From Solobacterium sp. (GTDB lineage: Bacteria > Bacillota_I > Bacilli_A > Erysipelotrichales > Erysipelotrichaceae), in assembly GCA_017433125.1 (NCBI GenBank), contig JAFRHT010000116.1, positions 18,398 to 82,397 of the forward strand: DNA of 64,000 bases. The letters run 5' to 3'. Of the stretch, positions 28,078-39,191 are shown piece after piece. Below the pieces are notes generated by a model. That model had not been told where the DNA came from. It searched no databases and saw only the letters and a program-made list of their open reading frames with translations. The translations under genes and the position numbers were made by a program. Numbering within the stretch: position 1 is the first letter of the stretch; the number at the start of each line of letters is the position of its first letter.

Positions 28078-31000
28078 TTATTCGGCTGTTGTTTCTTCCG
28101 GGATTTCCACCGGGGCATCGCCTTCAGCCATGGCCCCGCCGGTTACTTCATCCGGCAGTTTGATGGCTGTTGCCTCCGCGAGGGCTGCTGCCTTCTCACG
28201 GCGGATTTCACGGATTTCATCCGCTCTCGCCACAATTCTCCTGGTTGTCTCACGGTCGTAGGCTGTCCGTCCTGTACCGGCCGGGATCAGCTTGCCGATG
28301 ATGACATTTTCCTTCAGGCCGGACAGTGTATCCTTCTTGCTCTTGACAGCTGCTTCGGTCAGGACACGGGTTGTCTCCTGGAAGGATGCAGCGGACAGGA
28401 ACGAGTCGGTTTCAACTGCCGACTTGGAGATACCGAGCAGGATCGGCGCGTACTTGGCCGGGGTCTTGTCCTCGTCGAACATCTGGCTGTTGACTTCCTC
28501 CATGCGGCGGAGCGACAGCGACTGTCCGACCGAGTATCCCGTTTCACCGCCGTCGGTAATGACGACCTTCTTCAGCATCTGCTTGATCATGACTTCCAGA
28601 TGCTTGTCGGAGATATCAATGGACTGGCTGGAGTACACCTTCTTGACTTCCTTCAGGATGTACTCTTCAACCGCCCTGACACCGGCAACGTCCAGCAGTT
28701 CCTTCGGCGCGATCTGGCCTTCGGTCAGCGGTTCACCGGCCTTGACCGTCACCCCGACTCTGACATCGGAACGGACGGCCTGGGTCAGGTCGCACTTATG
28801 CTCGATTGTATCCTTGGCATTGGCCACGGTCACAATCTGGCCGGCGTGGTTGTCCTGTTCATGGATGTCAACGACTTCACCGTCAATCTTGGCGATGACA
28901 GCGACCCGCTTCGGGGTTCTGGCTTCGAAAAGTTCTTCAACTCTCGGCAGACCCTGGGTGATGTCACCGGACTGGTTGGCAACACCGCCGGTATGGAAGT
29001 TACGCATGGTCAGCTGGGTACCCGGCTCACCAATCGCCTGGGCGGCCATGACACCGATGGCTTCGCCGGTTTCAACCGGGTTGCCGGTAGCCATGTTGCG
29101 GCCGTAGCACTTGCAGCAGATACCATGGGTGGATTCGCAGGTGAAGACGTTGCGGATGTATGCCTGCTTGACGCCGGCATCCACAACCTTCTTGGCCAGG
29201 TCATCGGAGATGTAGCTGTTCTCGTCCACGATGATTTCGCCTGTTTCCGGATCCGTGATGGCCTGCTGTGTATAGCGGCCGACAATCCGGTCAAAGAACT
29301 TCTCGATCATGGAGTTGTTGCGTTCATCAACGATATCCTCAACGAGGTAACCCTTCTCTGTGCCGCAGTCTTCTTCCGTGATGATGACTTCCTGGGCAAC
29401 GTCAACCAGACGTCTGGTCAGATAGCCGGATTCAGCTGTCTTCAGCGCGGTATCGGTCAGGCCCTTGCGGACACCATGGGTGGAAATGAAGAACTCGGAC
29501 ACGCTCATGCCTTCACGGAAGCAGGAGTAGATCGGGACTTCGATGATGGACGGCTGGTATTCCTTACGCGACTTCGACTGGGTCGGACGGGCCATCAGGC
29601 CGCGCATGCCGGCCAGCTGCGTGAAGTGGTTCTTGTTGCCGCGCGCGCCGGATACCGCCATCATGTTGATCGGGTTCATTCTCGGCAGCGAGGTCATCAG
29701 GGTATCACCAACAGTATTCTTGACCTTGTCCCACAGATCGGAGAACGCGCGTTCCCATTCCTGCGGGGTCAGAAGACCTCTGTCCCTCAGGGCATTCAGC
29801 TGGTCAGCCTTTTCCTTCCCCTCGTTGACATATTTATCCTTGTCCGGGGCGACAGAAATATCGCTCAGGGCAACGGTCATGCCGGCGGTGGTGGAGTACA
29901 GATAGCCCATGTCCTTAAGGGAGTCGAGGATATCACTGGTACCGTTGATGTGATACTTGTCGAACACGGCAGCGATCAGGTTTCCGAGATCCTTCTTCTT
30001 GAATTCCGGAGTGATCGGCCGGCCGGCGATCTCTTTCTTCAGATCGGTGCCGAGCGGGACGAATTCGCTGTCCGGTGTAGCCTTGAGCGATTCCGGGCTG
30101 GCATCGTTGAGATACGGGAAGTCAGACGGGAAAACATTATTGAAGATGATCTTGCCGACGGATGTCAGCAGGTAGCACTCATTCTGCTTTTCCGTGAAGC
30201 CGTCCTTATGCAGGGACCTGGCCGGCAGGGCGATTCTTGTGTGCAGATGCACGGCGCCCAGCTGGTAAGCCATCATGACTTCATCGACATCCCTGTAGAG
30301 ATGGCCTTCGTTGTCACCGTAGCGGCGCCACTTGGCAGCTTCGACCGGCAGGCCGAGGCGTTCGAGGGCGTCTGCCTTCTTATAGAACTCTTCGGCTGTC
30401 TCTTCCATGTTCAGATAGAAGTTGCCCAGCACGAGGTCCTGGCCCGGAGTAACGATCGGTTTGCCGTCCTTCGGGCCGAGAATGTTGTTGGCACCGAGCA
30501 TCAGGACTTCCGTCTCGGCTCTGGCCATTTCACTCAGCGGCAGATGGACAGCCATCTGGTCACCGTCGAAGTCGGCGTTGAACGCCGGACATACGAGCGG
30601 ATGGACACGGATTGCATGACCGTCAACCAGTTTCGGGAAGAAGGACTGGATACCGAGTCTGTGCAGGGTCGGGGCACGGTTCAGGAAGACCGGATGGCCT
30701 TCAATGACCTGTTCGACAACATCCCAGACGCGGGCATCCTGCTTGTCAATCAGCTTTTCGGCTGTCTTCGGGTTGGACGCAATCTGCTGGTTGACCAGTT
30801 CGTTGATGACGAACGGCTTGTACAGCTGAATGGCCATTTCCTTCGGCAGACCGCACTGCCACATCTTCAGGTCCGGTCCGATGGCAATAACGGAACGGCC
30901 GGAGAAGTCGACACGCTTGCCGAGCAGGTTCTGACGGAAGCGGCCCTGCTTGCCCTTAAGGGCATGGGACAGCGACTTCAGCGCCCTGCCGCCGGCACCG

Positions 31001-31917
31001 GTAATCGGCTTGGAACGGCGTCCGTTGTCAATCAGCGCATCGACTGCTTCCTGCAGCATACGTTTTTCGTTCTGGACGATGATCGCCGGTGTACCCAGTT
31101 CAAGCAGCTTCTTCAGACGGTTGTTCCGGGTGATGACACGGCGGTACAGATCGTTCAGGTCACTGGTGGCGAAACGGCCTCCGTCCAGCTGCAGCATCGG
31201 CCTGAGATCCGGCGGGATGACCGGCAGGACAGTCAGGACCATCCATTCCGGACGATTGTCGGAATCCCGGAAGGCATCAATGGTTTCCAGGCGCTTGATC
31301 AGTTTCTTGCGCTTGTCACCGTTGGCCTTTTCCAGTTCGGCCATGATTTCGTTGTGTTCCTTGTCGAGATCCACCTGTTCCAGCAGGGTCTTGACAGCTT
31401 CGGCACCGGTGGCGGCGGAGAAGCTTCCCGGCCCGTAGATGGCGGTGTTCTCACGGAACTCACGTTCGGAAAGAATCTGCTTGTAGGTCAGCTTTGTATC
31501 GCCCGGATCCGTGACGATCCAGGAAACGAAGTAAACAACTTCTTCCAGGTGTTTCGGCGGAACATTGAGCAGCAGGCTCATGCGGCTCGGAATGCCGCGC
31601 AGGTACCAGATGTGCGCAACCGGGGCAGCCAGTTCGATATGGCCCATGCGTTCCCGGCGGACACTGGACTTGGTGATTTCAACGCCGCAGCGGTCACAGA
31701 TCACGCCCTGATAGCGGATCTTCTTGTACTTTCCGCAGGCGCACTCCCAGTCCTTGGTCGGACCGAAAATGCGTTCGCAGAACAGACCGTCTTTCTCCGG
31801 CTTCTGGGAGCGGTAGTTAATGGTTTCCGGCTTCTTGACTTCGCCGTAGGACCATTCGTGAATACGTTCAGGTGATGCCAGACCGACGCGAATTGCATCA
31901 AAATCGTTAATATTCAT
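28078..31917 (-). CDS. rpoC: DNA-directed RNA polymerase subunit beta'
   Basis: 1279 aa. Zn-finger [22 protein letters not shown], catalytic [12 protein letters not shown], trigger-loop and bridge-helix regions are recognisable. Confidence 0.98.
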   Translation of the reverse strand: MNINDFDAIRVGLASPERIHEWSYGEVKKPETINYRSQKPEKDGLFCERIFGPTKDWECACGKYKKIRYQGVICDRCGVEITKSSVRRERMGHIELAAPVAHIWYLRGIPSRMSLLLNVPPKHLEEVVYFVSWIVTDPGDTKLTYKQILSEREFRENTAIYGPGSFSAATGAEAVKTLLEQVDLDKEHNEIMAELEKANGDKRKKLIKRLETIDAFRDSDNRPEWMVLTVLPVIPPDLRPMLQLDGGRFATSDLNDLYRRVITRNNRLKKLLELGTPAIIVQNEKRMLQEAVDALIDNGRRSKPITGAGGRALKSLSHALKGKQGRFRQNLLGKRVDFSGRSVIAIGPDLKMWQCGLPKEMAIQLYKPFVINELVNQQIASNPKTAEKLIDKQDARVWDVVEQVIEGHPVFLNRAPTLHRLGIQSFFPKLVDGHAIRVHPLVCPAFNADFDGDQMAVHLPLSEMARAETEVLMLGANNILGPKDGKPIVTPGQDLVLGNFYLNMEETAEEFYKKADALERLGLPVEAAKWRRYGDNEGHLYRDVDEVMMAYQLGAVHLHTRIALPARSLHKDGFTEKQNECYLLTSVGKIIFNNVFPSDFPYLNDASPESLKATPDSEFVPLGTDLKKEIAGRPITPEFKKKDLGNLIAAVFDKYHINGTSDILDSLKDMGYLYSTTAGMTVALSDISVAPDKDKYVNEGKEKADQLNALRDRGLLTPQEWERAFSDLWDKVKNTVGDTLMTSLPRMNPINMMAVSGARGNKNHFTQLAGMRGLMARPTQSKSRKEYQPSIIEVPIYSCFREGMSVSEFFISTHGVRKGLTDTALKTAESGYLTRRLVDVAQEVIITEEDCGTEKGYLVEDIVDERNNSMIEKFFDRIVGRYTQQAITDPETGEIIVDENSYISDDLAKKVVDAGVKQAYIRNVFTCESTHGICCKCYGRNMATGNPVETGEAIGVMAAQAIGEPGTQLTMRNFHTGGVANQSGDITQGLPRVEELFEARTPKRVAVIAKIDGEVVDIHEQDNHAGQIVTVANAKDTIEHKCDLTQAVRSDVRVGVTVKAGEPLTEGQIAPKELLDVAGVRAVEEYILKEVKKVYSSQSIDISDKHLEVMIKQMLKKVVITDGGETGYSVGQSLSLRRMEEVNSQMFDEDKTPAKYAPILLGISKSAVETDSFLSAASFQETTRVLTEAAVKSKKDTLSGLKENVIIGKLIPAGTGRTAYDRETTRRIVARADEIREIRREKAAALAEATAIKLPDEVTGGAMAEGDAPVEIPEETTAE

Positions 31918-31932
31918 CGTTCTGCCTCCTCC

Positions 31933-34900
31933 TTATTCTTCACCGGCGGAATCGAGATCATCGAAGCCGACAACGGCCGCAGCCGGAATGTCGTCTTCGT
32001 CCAGTCCTTCACGGATGGTCAGATCACCGGTTTCTTCCGCATCATTGACATAGGTCTGCCGGTTGAGATCCATGGTGGTCTCTTCCTTGAGTTCATCCTG
32101 GGCCATCTGCTTGAGATCCATTTCGGTTCCGTCCGCATTCAGCATCCGGACATCGACCGCCAGGGCCTGCAGTTCATGCACCAGCACCCGGAAGGATTCC
32201 GGAATACCGGCAGCCGGCAGGTCTCTGCCCTTGACGATGGCTTCGTATGTCTTGGTACGGCCCATGATGTCATCGGACTTGACGGTCAGGATTTCCTGCA
32301 GCGTATTGGCAGCGCCGTACGCTTCCAGGGCCCAGACTTCCATTTCACCGAATCTCTGGCCGCCGTTCTGCGCCTTGCCGCCTAGCGGCTGCTGGGTAAC
32401 CAGGGAGTACGGACCGGTAGCCCGCGCATGCAGCTTGTCATCAACCATGTGCGCCAGCTTGATCATGTACATGACGCCGACCGCGATCCGTTCATCGTAC
32501 GGTTCACCGGTCATGCCGTCGGTCAGCAGATACTTGCCGTCCATGGAAGTATTCGCTTCCTGCATGATGTTTCTGAGGTCTTCGTTGGAAACACCGTCAA
32601 AGACCGGGGTTGCGAACTTGACGCCGAGGCTTCTCGCCGCCATGCCGAGATGGACTTCCAGCACCTGTCCGATGTTCATACGGGAAGGGACACCGAACGG
32701 GTTCAGCATGATGTCAATCGGCGTGCCGTCCTGCATGTACGGCATATCCTCGATCGGCATGATCTTGGAAATGACACCCTTGTTGCCGTGACGGCCGGCC
32801 ATCTTGTCACCCTCGGAAATCTTCCGCTTCTGGACAACGTAGACCTTGACGACCTCATTGACGCCCGGCGGCAGTTCGTGGTCATCCTTGCGCTTGAAGA
32901 CACGCACGGAATGCACGATGCCGGCACCGCCGTGCGGTACTTTCAGGGAATTGTCGCGGACTTCGCGGCTCTTCTCACCGAAGATCGCCAGCAGCAGCTT
33001 TTCTTCCGGTGTGATTTCACTCTGGCCCTTCGGGGTTACCTTGCCGACCAGGATATCGCCTTCCTTGACTTCCGCACCGACCATGACGATGCCGCGCCCA
33101 TCCAGGTTGCGGCAGGCACTCTCGGCAACGTTCGGAATATCACGGGTGATTTCTTCCGGACCGAGCTTGGTTTCCCGGCATTCCAGGTCATATTCTTCAA
33201 TATGAATGGATGTATAGACGTCTTCGCGCACCATGCGTTCGGACATGATGATCGCGTCTTCGTAGTTGTAGCCGTGCCATGTCATGAAGGCAATCAGCAC
33301 GTTCTGGCCAAGCGCCAGTTCGCCGTCCTGCATCGCCGGACCATCAGCCAGGATATCACCGCGCTCCACCCGTTCGCCGTCAAAGACAATCGGTCTCTGG
33401 TTCAGGCAGGTGGAAGCGTTGGAACGGCGGAACTTGGTCAGTTCATAGACATGTTCATGACCGTCATCCTCCGTGACGATGACCTTGTCGGCATCGACGT
33501 AGGTGACAATACCCGGCGCCATCGCGACGCAGGCAGCACCCGAGTCACGGGCAATGCGGTGTTCCATGCCCGTTCCGACAAACGGGCTGTGCGGATTCAG
33601 CAGCGGTACGGCCTGACGCTGCATGTTCGCGCCCATCAGGGCCCGGGTGCAGTCGTCGTTTTCCAGGAACGGAACGCAGGCTGTCGCTACCGAGACAATC
33701 TGCCGCGGCGAAACGTCGGCGTAGTCAATGGTGGCTTTTTCCGCCATGACGGTATCACCGGCGATTCTGGCAACGACCCGGTCATTGACCAGCCGGCCGT
33801 CCTGAATCTCGTTGGCCTGGGCGATGACATGATCGTTTTCTTCATCCGCGCTCATGTATACGACATCATCCGTTACCACACCGTCTTCGTTGACCTTCCG
33901 GTACGGGGTCTGGATGAAGCCGTATTCATTGACTCTGGCATAGGTTGTCAGATAGGAAATCAGACCGATGTTCGGGCCTTCCGGTGTTTCAATCGGACAG
34001 ATCCGGCCATAGTGGGAGTTGTGAATATCACGCACTTCGAAGCCGGCCCGCTCTCTGGTCAGACCGCCCGGACCAAGCGCGGAAATACGGCGCTTGTTGG
34101 ACAGTTCCGCCAGCGGGTTCTGCTGGTCCATGAACTGGGACAGCTGGGAACTGGAGAAGAACTCCTTGATCGCGGCTGTCAGCGGCCGGATATTGGTCAG
34201 CTGCTTCGGGGTCAGGCCGGAAGCGTCCGCAATGGACATCCGTTCCTTGACGACCCGTTCCATCCGGGACAGACCGATCCGGAACTGGTTCTGAATCAGT
34301 TCCCCGACCGTCCGGATGCGGCGGTTGCCGAGCATATCGATATCATCAGCACTGCCGACACCGTCCAGCATCGTCAGTTCATAGTTGTACAGCGCGTACA
34401 TGTCCGGCATGGTGATGGTGTGCTTGCTGTTGAGCGGGTCCACACCGATCAGCTTGACGGGATGACCGTCATCCGTCAGGATTTCGATCTGCTGCACGCA
34501 GGCACCGATCAGCCACATGGTGACCTCTTCCCGGGCCATGACATGCGCCTGCACATTTTCTTTCTGCTCCGTGGACAGGATCATCTTGTGATCGCTCTCC
34601 GGATCATATGTGCAGTCAGCGATGTCTTCACCGTTGGCCAGGATACGGCCGACAGTGTAGAGCCGGCTGCCGTAGTCCATGACCGCGGCGGCGTTGTCGT
34701 TTGTCAGCTTGACTTCCTGGGCGATGATCCCGGCATAGACCGTTACCTTCTCGAATTCGGCGGCGATCGCCTTCACATCGGCAGCGGTGATGACCGTGCC
34801 CCTGCGCATGCTGACCTTTTTGCCTTCCAGATCCGTGGCCAGGATACGGCCGATCAGGCCGCCCGTCCATGTTGTCTCCAGTTCGGCGGTCACCGGGTGG

Positions 34901-36087
34901 GAGAATTCATGAATATACGGAAGGGCCCGGCAGTTGATGCCCTTGGCCAGTTCCGGCTTCAGCGCATTCCGCTCGGTCTTACCGATCATCCTGTTCTTCT
35001 TGAAGATAACCTTGCCTTCGGCCCCGATAAGGTCATTCCTGAGGACATGGCCTTCCATACGGTCGAGGACATTGAGCTTCTTGAGCACCTTGTAACGGCC
35101 GGCCATGGTCAGGTCATACCGGCGGTAGTCAAAGAACTTGGCATCCATCAGGTTCATGGCGCCTTCGATGGTGGCAATTTCGTCTGCCCGCTGGTTCTCA
35201 TAGACACTCAGCAGCGCTTCATTGGTTGTCTTTGTCTTGTCGGCAGCCAGGGTGTTGCGGACTTCCTCGTAGTTGCCGAAGACAGAAGTATACAGAAGCA
35301 TATAGTCGTTCAGGAATTCCCGTTCCTCACCCGGAACGATCACATCCGGATACAGTTCAAACTGCAGGGCCTTCAGGAACTTCTGCATGCCGGTGGTGTC
35401 AAAGGCATCCTCGCCCCGTTCCAGATTCAGGGACATGCCGATCGCCTTGAACAGGATGGTGCTGAGCACCTTCCGGCGGCGATCAATCGACACATTCATG
35501 ATCCGGCCGAGCGCGGCCTTCTTGTCATCCGACATGAATTCCAGCCAGGTGCCCCGGGACGGAATCAGTTCACATGTATAGGTATCGTGGCCGGTCCGTT
35601 CTTCGGAAACAATATCAAAGTAGGCACCCGGAGATCTGACGATCTGGGATACAATGACACGTTCTGCACCGTTGATAATGAATGTCCCGGTCGGGGTCAT
35701 CAGCGGGAAATCTCCAAGGAAGACGTCTTCCCACTTGGTCATGACTTCACCGGTGTCCTGATCCACTATCTCCAGTTCCATCTTGGCTTTCAGCGGGGCA
35801 CTGTAGTTCGCCTCACGGTACTTGCACTCACTGATGGAGAATTTCGGTTCTCCAAATTCATAATCCAGAAACTTCAGTTTGATGTTTCCGGCGTAGTTGT
35901 AAATGGGATAGATATCGTTGAATACCTCCCGGATGCCTTCCCTTACAAACCACTCAAAGGACGCTGTCTGAATCTCGACGAGATCCGGCAGGTCCAGTCC
36001 GGCACTGACTTTGGAGTAATCACGCCGGACAGCTTTGTTGCCATAATGCACAACGTGGTATGTCTGTTTATTTTCCATGTACGCCAT
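31933..36087 (-). CDS. rpoB: DNA-directed RNA polymerase subunit beta
   Basis: Conserved blocks [62 protein letters not shown]. The start is probably ATG 36087 (MAYMENK) or 36078 (MENK; GAAAGG lies 9 nt upstream), not the ORF-track start at 36159. Confidence 0.97.
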   Translation of the reverse strand: MAYMENKQTYHVVHYGNKAVRRDYSKVSAGLDLPDLVEIQTASFEWFVREGIREVFNDIYPIYNYAGNIKLKFLDYEFGEPKFSISECKYREANYSAPLKAKMELEIVDQDTGEVMTKWEDVFLGDFPLMTPTGTFIINGAERVIVSQIVRSPGAYFDIVSEERTGHDTYTCELIPSRGTWLEFMSDDKKAALGRIMNVSIDRRRKVLSTILFKAIGMSLNLERGEDAFDTTGMQKFLKALQFELYPDVIVPGEEREFLNDYMLLYTSVFGNYEEVRNTLAADKTKTTNEALLSVYENQRADEIATIEGAMNLMDAKFFDYRRYDLTMAGRYKVLKKLNVLDRMEGHVLRNDLIGAEGKVIFKKNRMIGKTERNALKPELAKGINCRALPYIHEFSHPVTAELETTWTGGLIGRILATDLEGKKVSMRRGTVITAADVKAIAAEFEKVTVYAGIIAQEVKLTNDNAAAVMDYGSRLYTVGRILANGEDIADCTYDPESDHKMILSTEQKENVQAHVMAREEVTMWLIGACVQQIEILTDDGHPVKLIGVDPLNSKHTITMPDMYALYNYELTMLDGVGSADDIDMLGNRRIRTVGELIQNQFRIGLSRMERVVKERMSIADASGLTPKQLTNIRPLTAAIKEFFSSSQLSQFMDQQNPLAELSNKRRISALGPGGLTRERAGFEVRDIHNSHYGRICPIETPEGPNIGLISYLTTYARVNEYGFIQTPYRKVNEDGVVTDDVVYMSADEENDHVIAQANEIQDGRLVNDRVVARIAGDTVMAEKATIDYADVSPRQIVSVATACVPFLENDDCTRALMGANMQRQAVPLLNPHSPFVGTGMEHRIARDSGAACVAMAPGIVTYVDADKVIVTEDDGHEHVYELTKFRRSNASTCLNQRPIVFDGERVERGDILADGPAMQDGELALGQNVLIAFMTWHGYNYEDAIIMSERMVREDVYTSIHIEEYDLECRETKLGPEEITRDIPNVAESACRNLDGRGIVMVGAEVKEGDILVGKVTPKGQSEITPEEKLLLAIFGEKSREVRDNSLKVPHGGAGIVHSVRVFKRKDDHELPPGVNEVVKVYVVQKRKISEGDKMAGRHGNKGVISKIMPIEDMPYMQDGTPIDIMLNPFGVPSRMNIGQVLEVHLGMAARSLGVKFATPVFDGVSNEDLRNIMQEANTSMDGKYLLTDGMTGEPYDERIAVGVMYMIKLAHMVDDKLHARATGPYSLVTQQPLGGKAQNGGQRFGEMEVWALEAYGAANTLQEILTVKSDDIMGRTKTYEAIVKGRDLPAAGIPESFRVLVHELQALAVDVRMLNADGTEMDLKQMAQDELKEETTMDLNRQTYVNDAEETGDLTIREGLDEDDIPAAAVVGFDDLDSAGEE

Positions 36088-36190
36088 CCTTTCGCCTGCA
36101 TCGCTGAAACGCCGAAAAGGGGTATTAACCCTGTTTTCAATTTTTCGGCTTTTTTGCAACGTAATATTTTATCATCAAATGGTCAATTCG

Positions 36191-36793
36191 TCAATTTGTA
36201 CGGGTACAGCGGAGAATCCAGTATCCTTTGCTCCGGTCTATGACTTCACAGTTTCCGTAGATCTCCCTGAGTCTTGCGGCTGCGCTCTCCGCGCCCTGCC
36301 GGCGGCGGATGACAGCCAGGAAGATGCCTCCGGGATTCAGATGATCGTGTGCAGCCTCCAGGAGCGGATAGAGGATCTTTTTTCCCACCCGTATTGGCGG
36401 ATTGGTCACAACAGCGTCAAACATCGCGCTGATGTGCTCAAAACCGTTGGATTCCACCACTTCCACCGGGCACCTGTTGCGGACAGCGTTTTCCGCCGTC
36501 AGTTCCAGTGCCCGCGGATTCACGTCACCGGCCGTCACGGTGCAGTCGGGAAATGTGCGCTTGAGCACAATGCCCACCACCCCGTAGCCGCAGCCAAGAT
36601 CCAGAATGCTCCCGCGGAGTTCCTGCCTGACTGCCGATTTCAGCAGCAGTTCGGTGCCGTAATCGACGCCGTCCTTGCTGAAAACACCGATATCCGTAAT
36701 GAAAGTGTAAATATCGCCCGAAAACCGGAAAGAGTGTTCCTTCCGGTTCGAAGGAAGGCTGCGGTTGTCTTCAAAATACTGATTCTGCGCCAT
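36191..36793 (-). CDS. Class I SAM-dependent methyltransferase (RsmC/YbxB-like small-domain rRNA methyltransferase)
   Basis: 200 aa. ILDLGCGYGVVGI (motif I), VTNPPI (motif IV NPPx). It sits between rplL and rpoB, as ybxB does in Bacillus. Confidence 0.8.
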   Translation of the reverse strand: MAQNQYFEDNRSLPSNRKEHSFRFSGDIYTFITDIGVFSKDGVDYGTELLLKSAVRQELRGSILDLGCGYGVVGIVLKRTFPDCTVTAGDVNPRALELTAENAVRNRCPVEVVESNGFEHISAMFDAVVTNPPIRVGKKILYPLLEAAHDHLNPGGIFLAVIRRRQGAESAAARLREIYGNCEVIDRSKGYWILRCTRTN

Positions 36794-36869
36794 GCAGCCT
36801 CTCCTTTCTTAGGGCCGAAAAGCCGAACGGAAAATCCGCCGGCTTTTCTTTGTTTTTTGTTTTCAGCGA

Positions 36870-37241
36870 TTACTTGTATTCGACAGTAGCGCCGGCATCC
36901 ATGAGCTTCTTCTTGATGCCGTCGGCTTCATCAACAGAGATATCCTTCTTGATTTCTGCCGGAATGCCGTCAACCAGCTTCTTGGCATCAACCAGGCCCA
37001 GACCTGTGATTTCACGAACAACCTTGATGACGCCAACCTTGGAATCACCGAAGCTTGTCAGAACAACAGTAACTGTGCTCGGAGCAGCATTTGCTTCTTC
37101 AGCCGGAGCAGCAGCAACTGCGACCGGAGCAGCGGCGGAAACGCCGTACTTTTCTTCGATAGCCTTGACCAGTTCATTCAGTTCAAGGATTGTAGCTTCA
37201 TCGAGATACGCAAGAATCTCTTCCTGTGTTAACTTTGCCAT
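36870..37241 (-). CDS. rplL: 50S ribosomal protein L7/L12
   Basis: 123 aa. Ala-rich hinge, then [17 protein letters not shown] ... [14 protein letters not shown]. Confidence 0.97.
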   Translation of the reverse strand: MAKLTQEEILAYLDEATILELNELVKAIEEKYGVSAAAPVAVAAAPAEEANAAPSTVTVVLTSFGDSKVGVIKVVREITGLGLVDAKKLVDGIPAEIKKDISVDEADGIKKKLMDAGATVEYK

Positions 37242-37260
37242 GATTCATTCCTCCTCTTTC

Positions 37261-37809
37261 TCAGGCAGCTGCCTCAGCAGCTTCTTCTTTTACTTCTTCT
37301 TTTGCTTCAACAGGGGCACCTTCTCCTCTGGCCTCGGCAACCGCGTTCACGGCCCGGGCAAACTGAGAAACAGGAGCCTGCAGTACGGACAGCAGCATGC
37401 TGAGCATTCCTTCTCTGTTCGGCAGAGCGCTCAGTTCCTTGATCACATCGACGCCGACAACCTTGCCTTCGACAATGCCGCCCTTGAGGACAAGAGCGTC
37501 ATGCTTCTTGGCATACTTTGCCAGCACACGGCTTGCTGCGGTCTCGTCAGAACCGAATACAAGTGCATTCGGGCCGGTCAGATAGTCCTTCAGTTCACCG
37601 AACCCTGCAGCTTCTGCAGCGCGGGCAGCCAGCGTGTTCTTGTAGACTTTCATCTCCACGCCTTCCTCGCGCATCAGTCTGCGCAGTTCAGTGACTTCAG
37701 CAACGCTCAGACCACGGTACTCTGCAACGACTGCAGATGCAGAATCAGTCATCTTGCCGGCGATTTCGGCAACGACGTTCTTCTTGTTTTCCAATACCGT
37801 CTGATTCAT
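37261..37809 (-). CDS. rplJ: 50S ribosomal protein L10
   Basis: 182 aa. VVAEYRGLSVAEVTELRRLMREEGVEMKVYKNTLA. Lies immediately upstream of rplL. Confidence 0.95.
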   Translation of the reverse strand: MNQTVLENKKNVVAEIAGKMTDSASAVVAEYRGLSVAEVTELRRLMREEGVEMKVYKNTLAARAAEAAGFGELKDYLTGPNALVFGSDETAASRVLAKYAKKHDALVLKGGIVEGKVVGVDVIKELSALPNREGMLSMLLSVLQAPVSQFARAVNAVAEARGEGAPVEAKEEVKEEAAEAAA

Positions 37810-37959
37810 TCCTTCACCTTCACCTTTCTACTGTTATCGCCTACCGAATATAAAGCCTCTGCCGGCGGCAGAGGCAAAAAAGTTTATACTGAAACTTTCT
37901 ACCTCGGTAACATGATTAAGCTTCCGCCGTTACTGTCTCTGGTATTTGATAACGATGAT
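37810..37959 (-). promoter_or_regulatory. rplJ 5' leader (L10-leader type) with an attenuator hairpin
   Basis: About 150-nt untranslated leader. Minus-strand hairpin GCCTCTGCC/GGCAGAGGC (37855-37875) followed by TTTATATT. Size and position match the Firmicute L10 leader; I could not verify the kink-turn mimic by eye. Confidence 0.45.
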
Positions 37960-37988
37960 ATGTTAAATCAAGTCAATGCTCCTGTCAA
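37960..37988 (-). promoter_or_regulatory. Putative sigma-A promoter of rplJL
   Basis: Minus strand: TTGACA (37988-37983), 17 nt, TAACAT (37965-37960). Confidence 0.35.
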
Positions 37989-38043
37989 TGACGAATTTTT
38001 ACCGGAACCGGAAATACAGCAGGTACAATTCCCGCCCTGACAA

Positions 38044-38080
38044 GAAAAAGCTCCATGGCCTGCCGGTCATGGAGTTTTTA
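38044..38080 (-). terminator. Intrinsic terminator downstream of the RidA gene
   Basis: 10-bp stem 38051-38060 / 38065-38074 with a 4-nt loop. On the minus strand it is followed by CTTTTTCTT. Confidence 0.6.
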
Positions 38081-38458
38081 TTATTTCATTGAGACGATCG
38101 CTTCGATTTCGATGGCCATCCCGCCGGGCAGGGCCTTGACTTCAATGCAGCTGCGGGCCGGCTGGCAGGGCAGATACTGGTGGAAAAGCTTGTTGAATTC
38201 TCCCCACTGGCTCATATCCGTGATGAAGCAGGTGCATTTGACAACCTTGTCCACATCGCCGCCGGCATTGACAATAACCCGGGTCAGATTCTTCAGAACC
38301 TGTTCGGCCTGGCCGAGGAAAGTATCGGGAAGTTCGCGGGTTTCAGGATCACGGCCGCCGGTGCCTGAGACATACATGACATCGCCGTCGATGACTGCAG
38401 ATGCGAACGGTGCGTCCGGGTTGACCGGGCCGCCCTGGGCATTGACTCTTTTAAGCAT
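38081..38458 (-). CDS. RidA/YjgF/UK114 family reactive-intermediate deaminase
   Basis: 125 aa. GDVMYVSGTGGRDPET, VVKCTCFITDMSQWGEFNKLF, ARSCIEVKALPGGMAIEIEAI. Confidence 0.85.
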   Translation of the reverse strand: MLKRVNAQGGPVNPDAPFASAVIDGDVMYVSGTGGRDPETRELPDTFLGQAEQVLKNLTRVIVNAGGDVDKVVKCTCFITDMSQWGEFNKLFHQYLPCQPARSCIEVKALPGGMAIEIEAIVSMK

Positions 38459-38507
38459 GATGATTTTCTCCTTCTTTCATCTGGTTTCATTATAGAATAA
38501 GTATGTT

Positions 38508-39185
38508 ATGAAGACACTGCAATTGATCAGGGGCCTGGACCGCCTGCCCTGGACAGAAGCCCAGTCGGCACTGGCAGCGCAGACCGACGGGATTGTGGCC
38601 GAAATCCAGCAGGACGCCGAAGGCATTCTGTTTGCCCTGCCGAAGGAAAAGATATTTACTGACAAAGAGCGGGGCCGCGGCTATGTCAAGGACTACACCG
38701 TCACGCAGATGAAGGCCTGGCAGATTGCCGATGATGCCCACCCGGAAGGAACCCCGCCTGTCTGTTCCCTCGAGGAACTGCTGGCCTTTCTGGCCCCGGG
38801 CAGGCTGAACCTGCTGATCATCTTCCGGAGCCAGCTGATCGGCTATGTCGGCATGGAAGAAAAAGCAGCCGCCCTGGTGCATCGGTACGGCATGCAGAAC
38901 CGTGTTTGCTATGCGGCGGAAAGCTACGTCAGCGTCACGGATGTCCTGGCTGCCGATCATACTGCCAGAGCTGTGCTGATGTATGACCAGCCGCTGCTGG
39001 ACCCGGTATCCTTCGCCGTCAGGAATCACCTGTTCGGCCTGATGCCGCTGCAGGCGGAAATAACTTCAGAACTAAGGCAGCGCTGCCGGCAGAACCGTCT
39101 GGCCCTGTTCTTTGATCAGCCCCTTCCCGGGGCAGGTCCAGGCCAGAGCATCGTCATCGCAGAGATCCCTGCAGAAACGGAGTGA
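38508..39185 (+). CDS. Glycerophosphodiester phosphodiesterase (GDPD)-like protein, apparently degenerate
   Basis: 225 aa. Loose GDPD-like pattern (IRGLDRLPWT...TDGIVAEIQQDAEGILFAL; PVCSLEELLAFL), but the canonical HRG...PENT residues are replaced. No clear SD. The antisense 179-aa ORF is a codon-phase artefact. Confidence 0.4.
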   Translation: MKTLQLIRGLDRLPWTEAQSALAAQTDGIVAEIQQDAEGILFALPKEKIFTDKERGRGYVKDYTVTQMKAWQIADDAHPEGTPPVCSLEELLAFLAPGRLNLLIIFRSQLIGYVGMEEKAAALVHRYGMQNRVCYAAESYVSVTDVLAADHTARAVLMYDQPLLDPVSFAVRNHLFGLMPLQAEITSELRQRCRQNRLALFFDQPLPGAGPGQSIVIAEIPAETE

Positions 39186-39191
39186 ATCGAT

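Noticed and set aside
28600-31875. 1091-aa ORF antisense to rpoC as a real gene
   Set aside because: It is in exact codon phase with rpoC. The translated product is low-complexity (rich in G/R/H/D/V), typical of reverse-complement reading of a biased gene. It is explained by the absence of TTA/CTA/TCA codons.
36088-36159. 24-codon N-terminal extension of rpoB
   Set aside because: No homology; it overlaps the putative promoter and leader hairpin. SD-supported starts exist at 36087/36078.
32428-36243. 1271-aa ORF antisense to rpoB as a real gene
   Set aside because: Same phase argument as for rpoC, and no recognisable domains. It even runs across the rpoB start and leader.
36816-36846. Hairpin GAAAAGCCG/CGGCTTTTC between rplL and the methyltransferase gene as the rplL terminator
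   Set aside because: The T-run follows the hairpin on the plus strand, not on the coding (minus) strand. It may terminate antisense transcription or act as a weak, U-tract-less pause site. It was not called as a feature.
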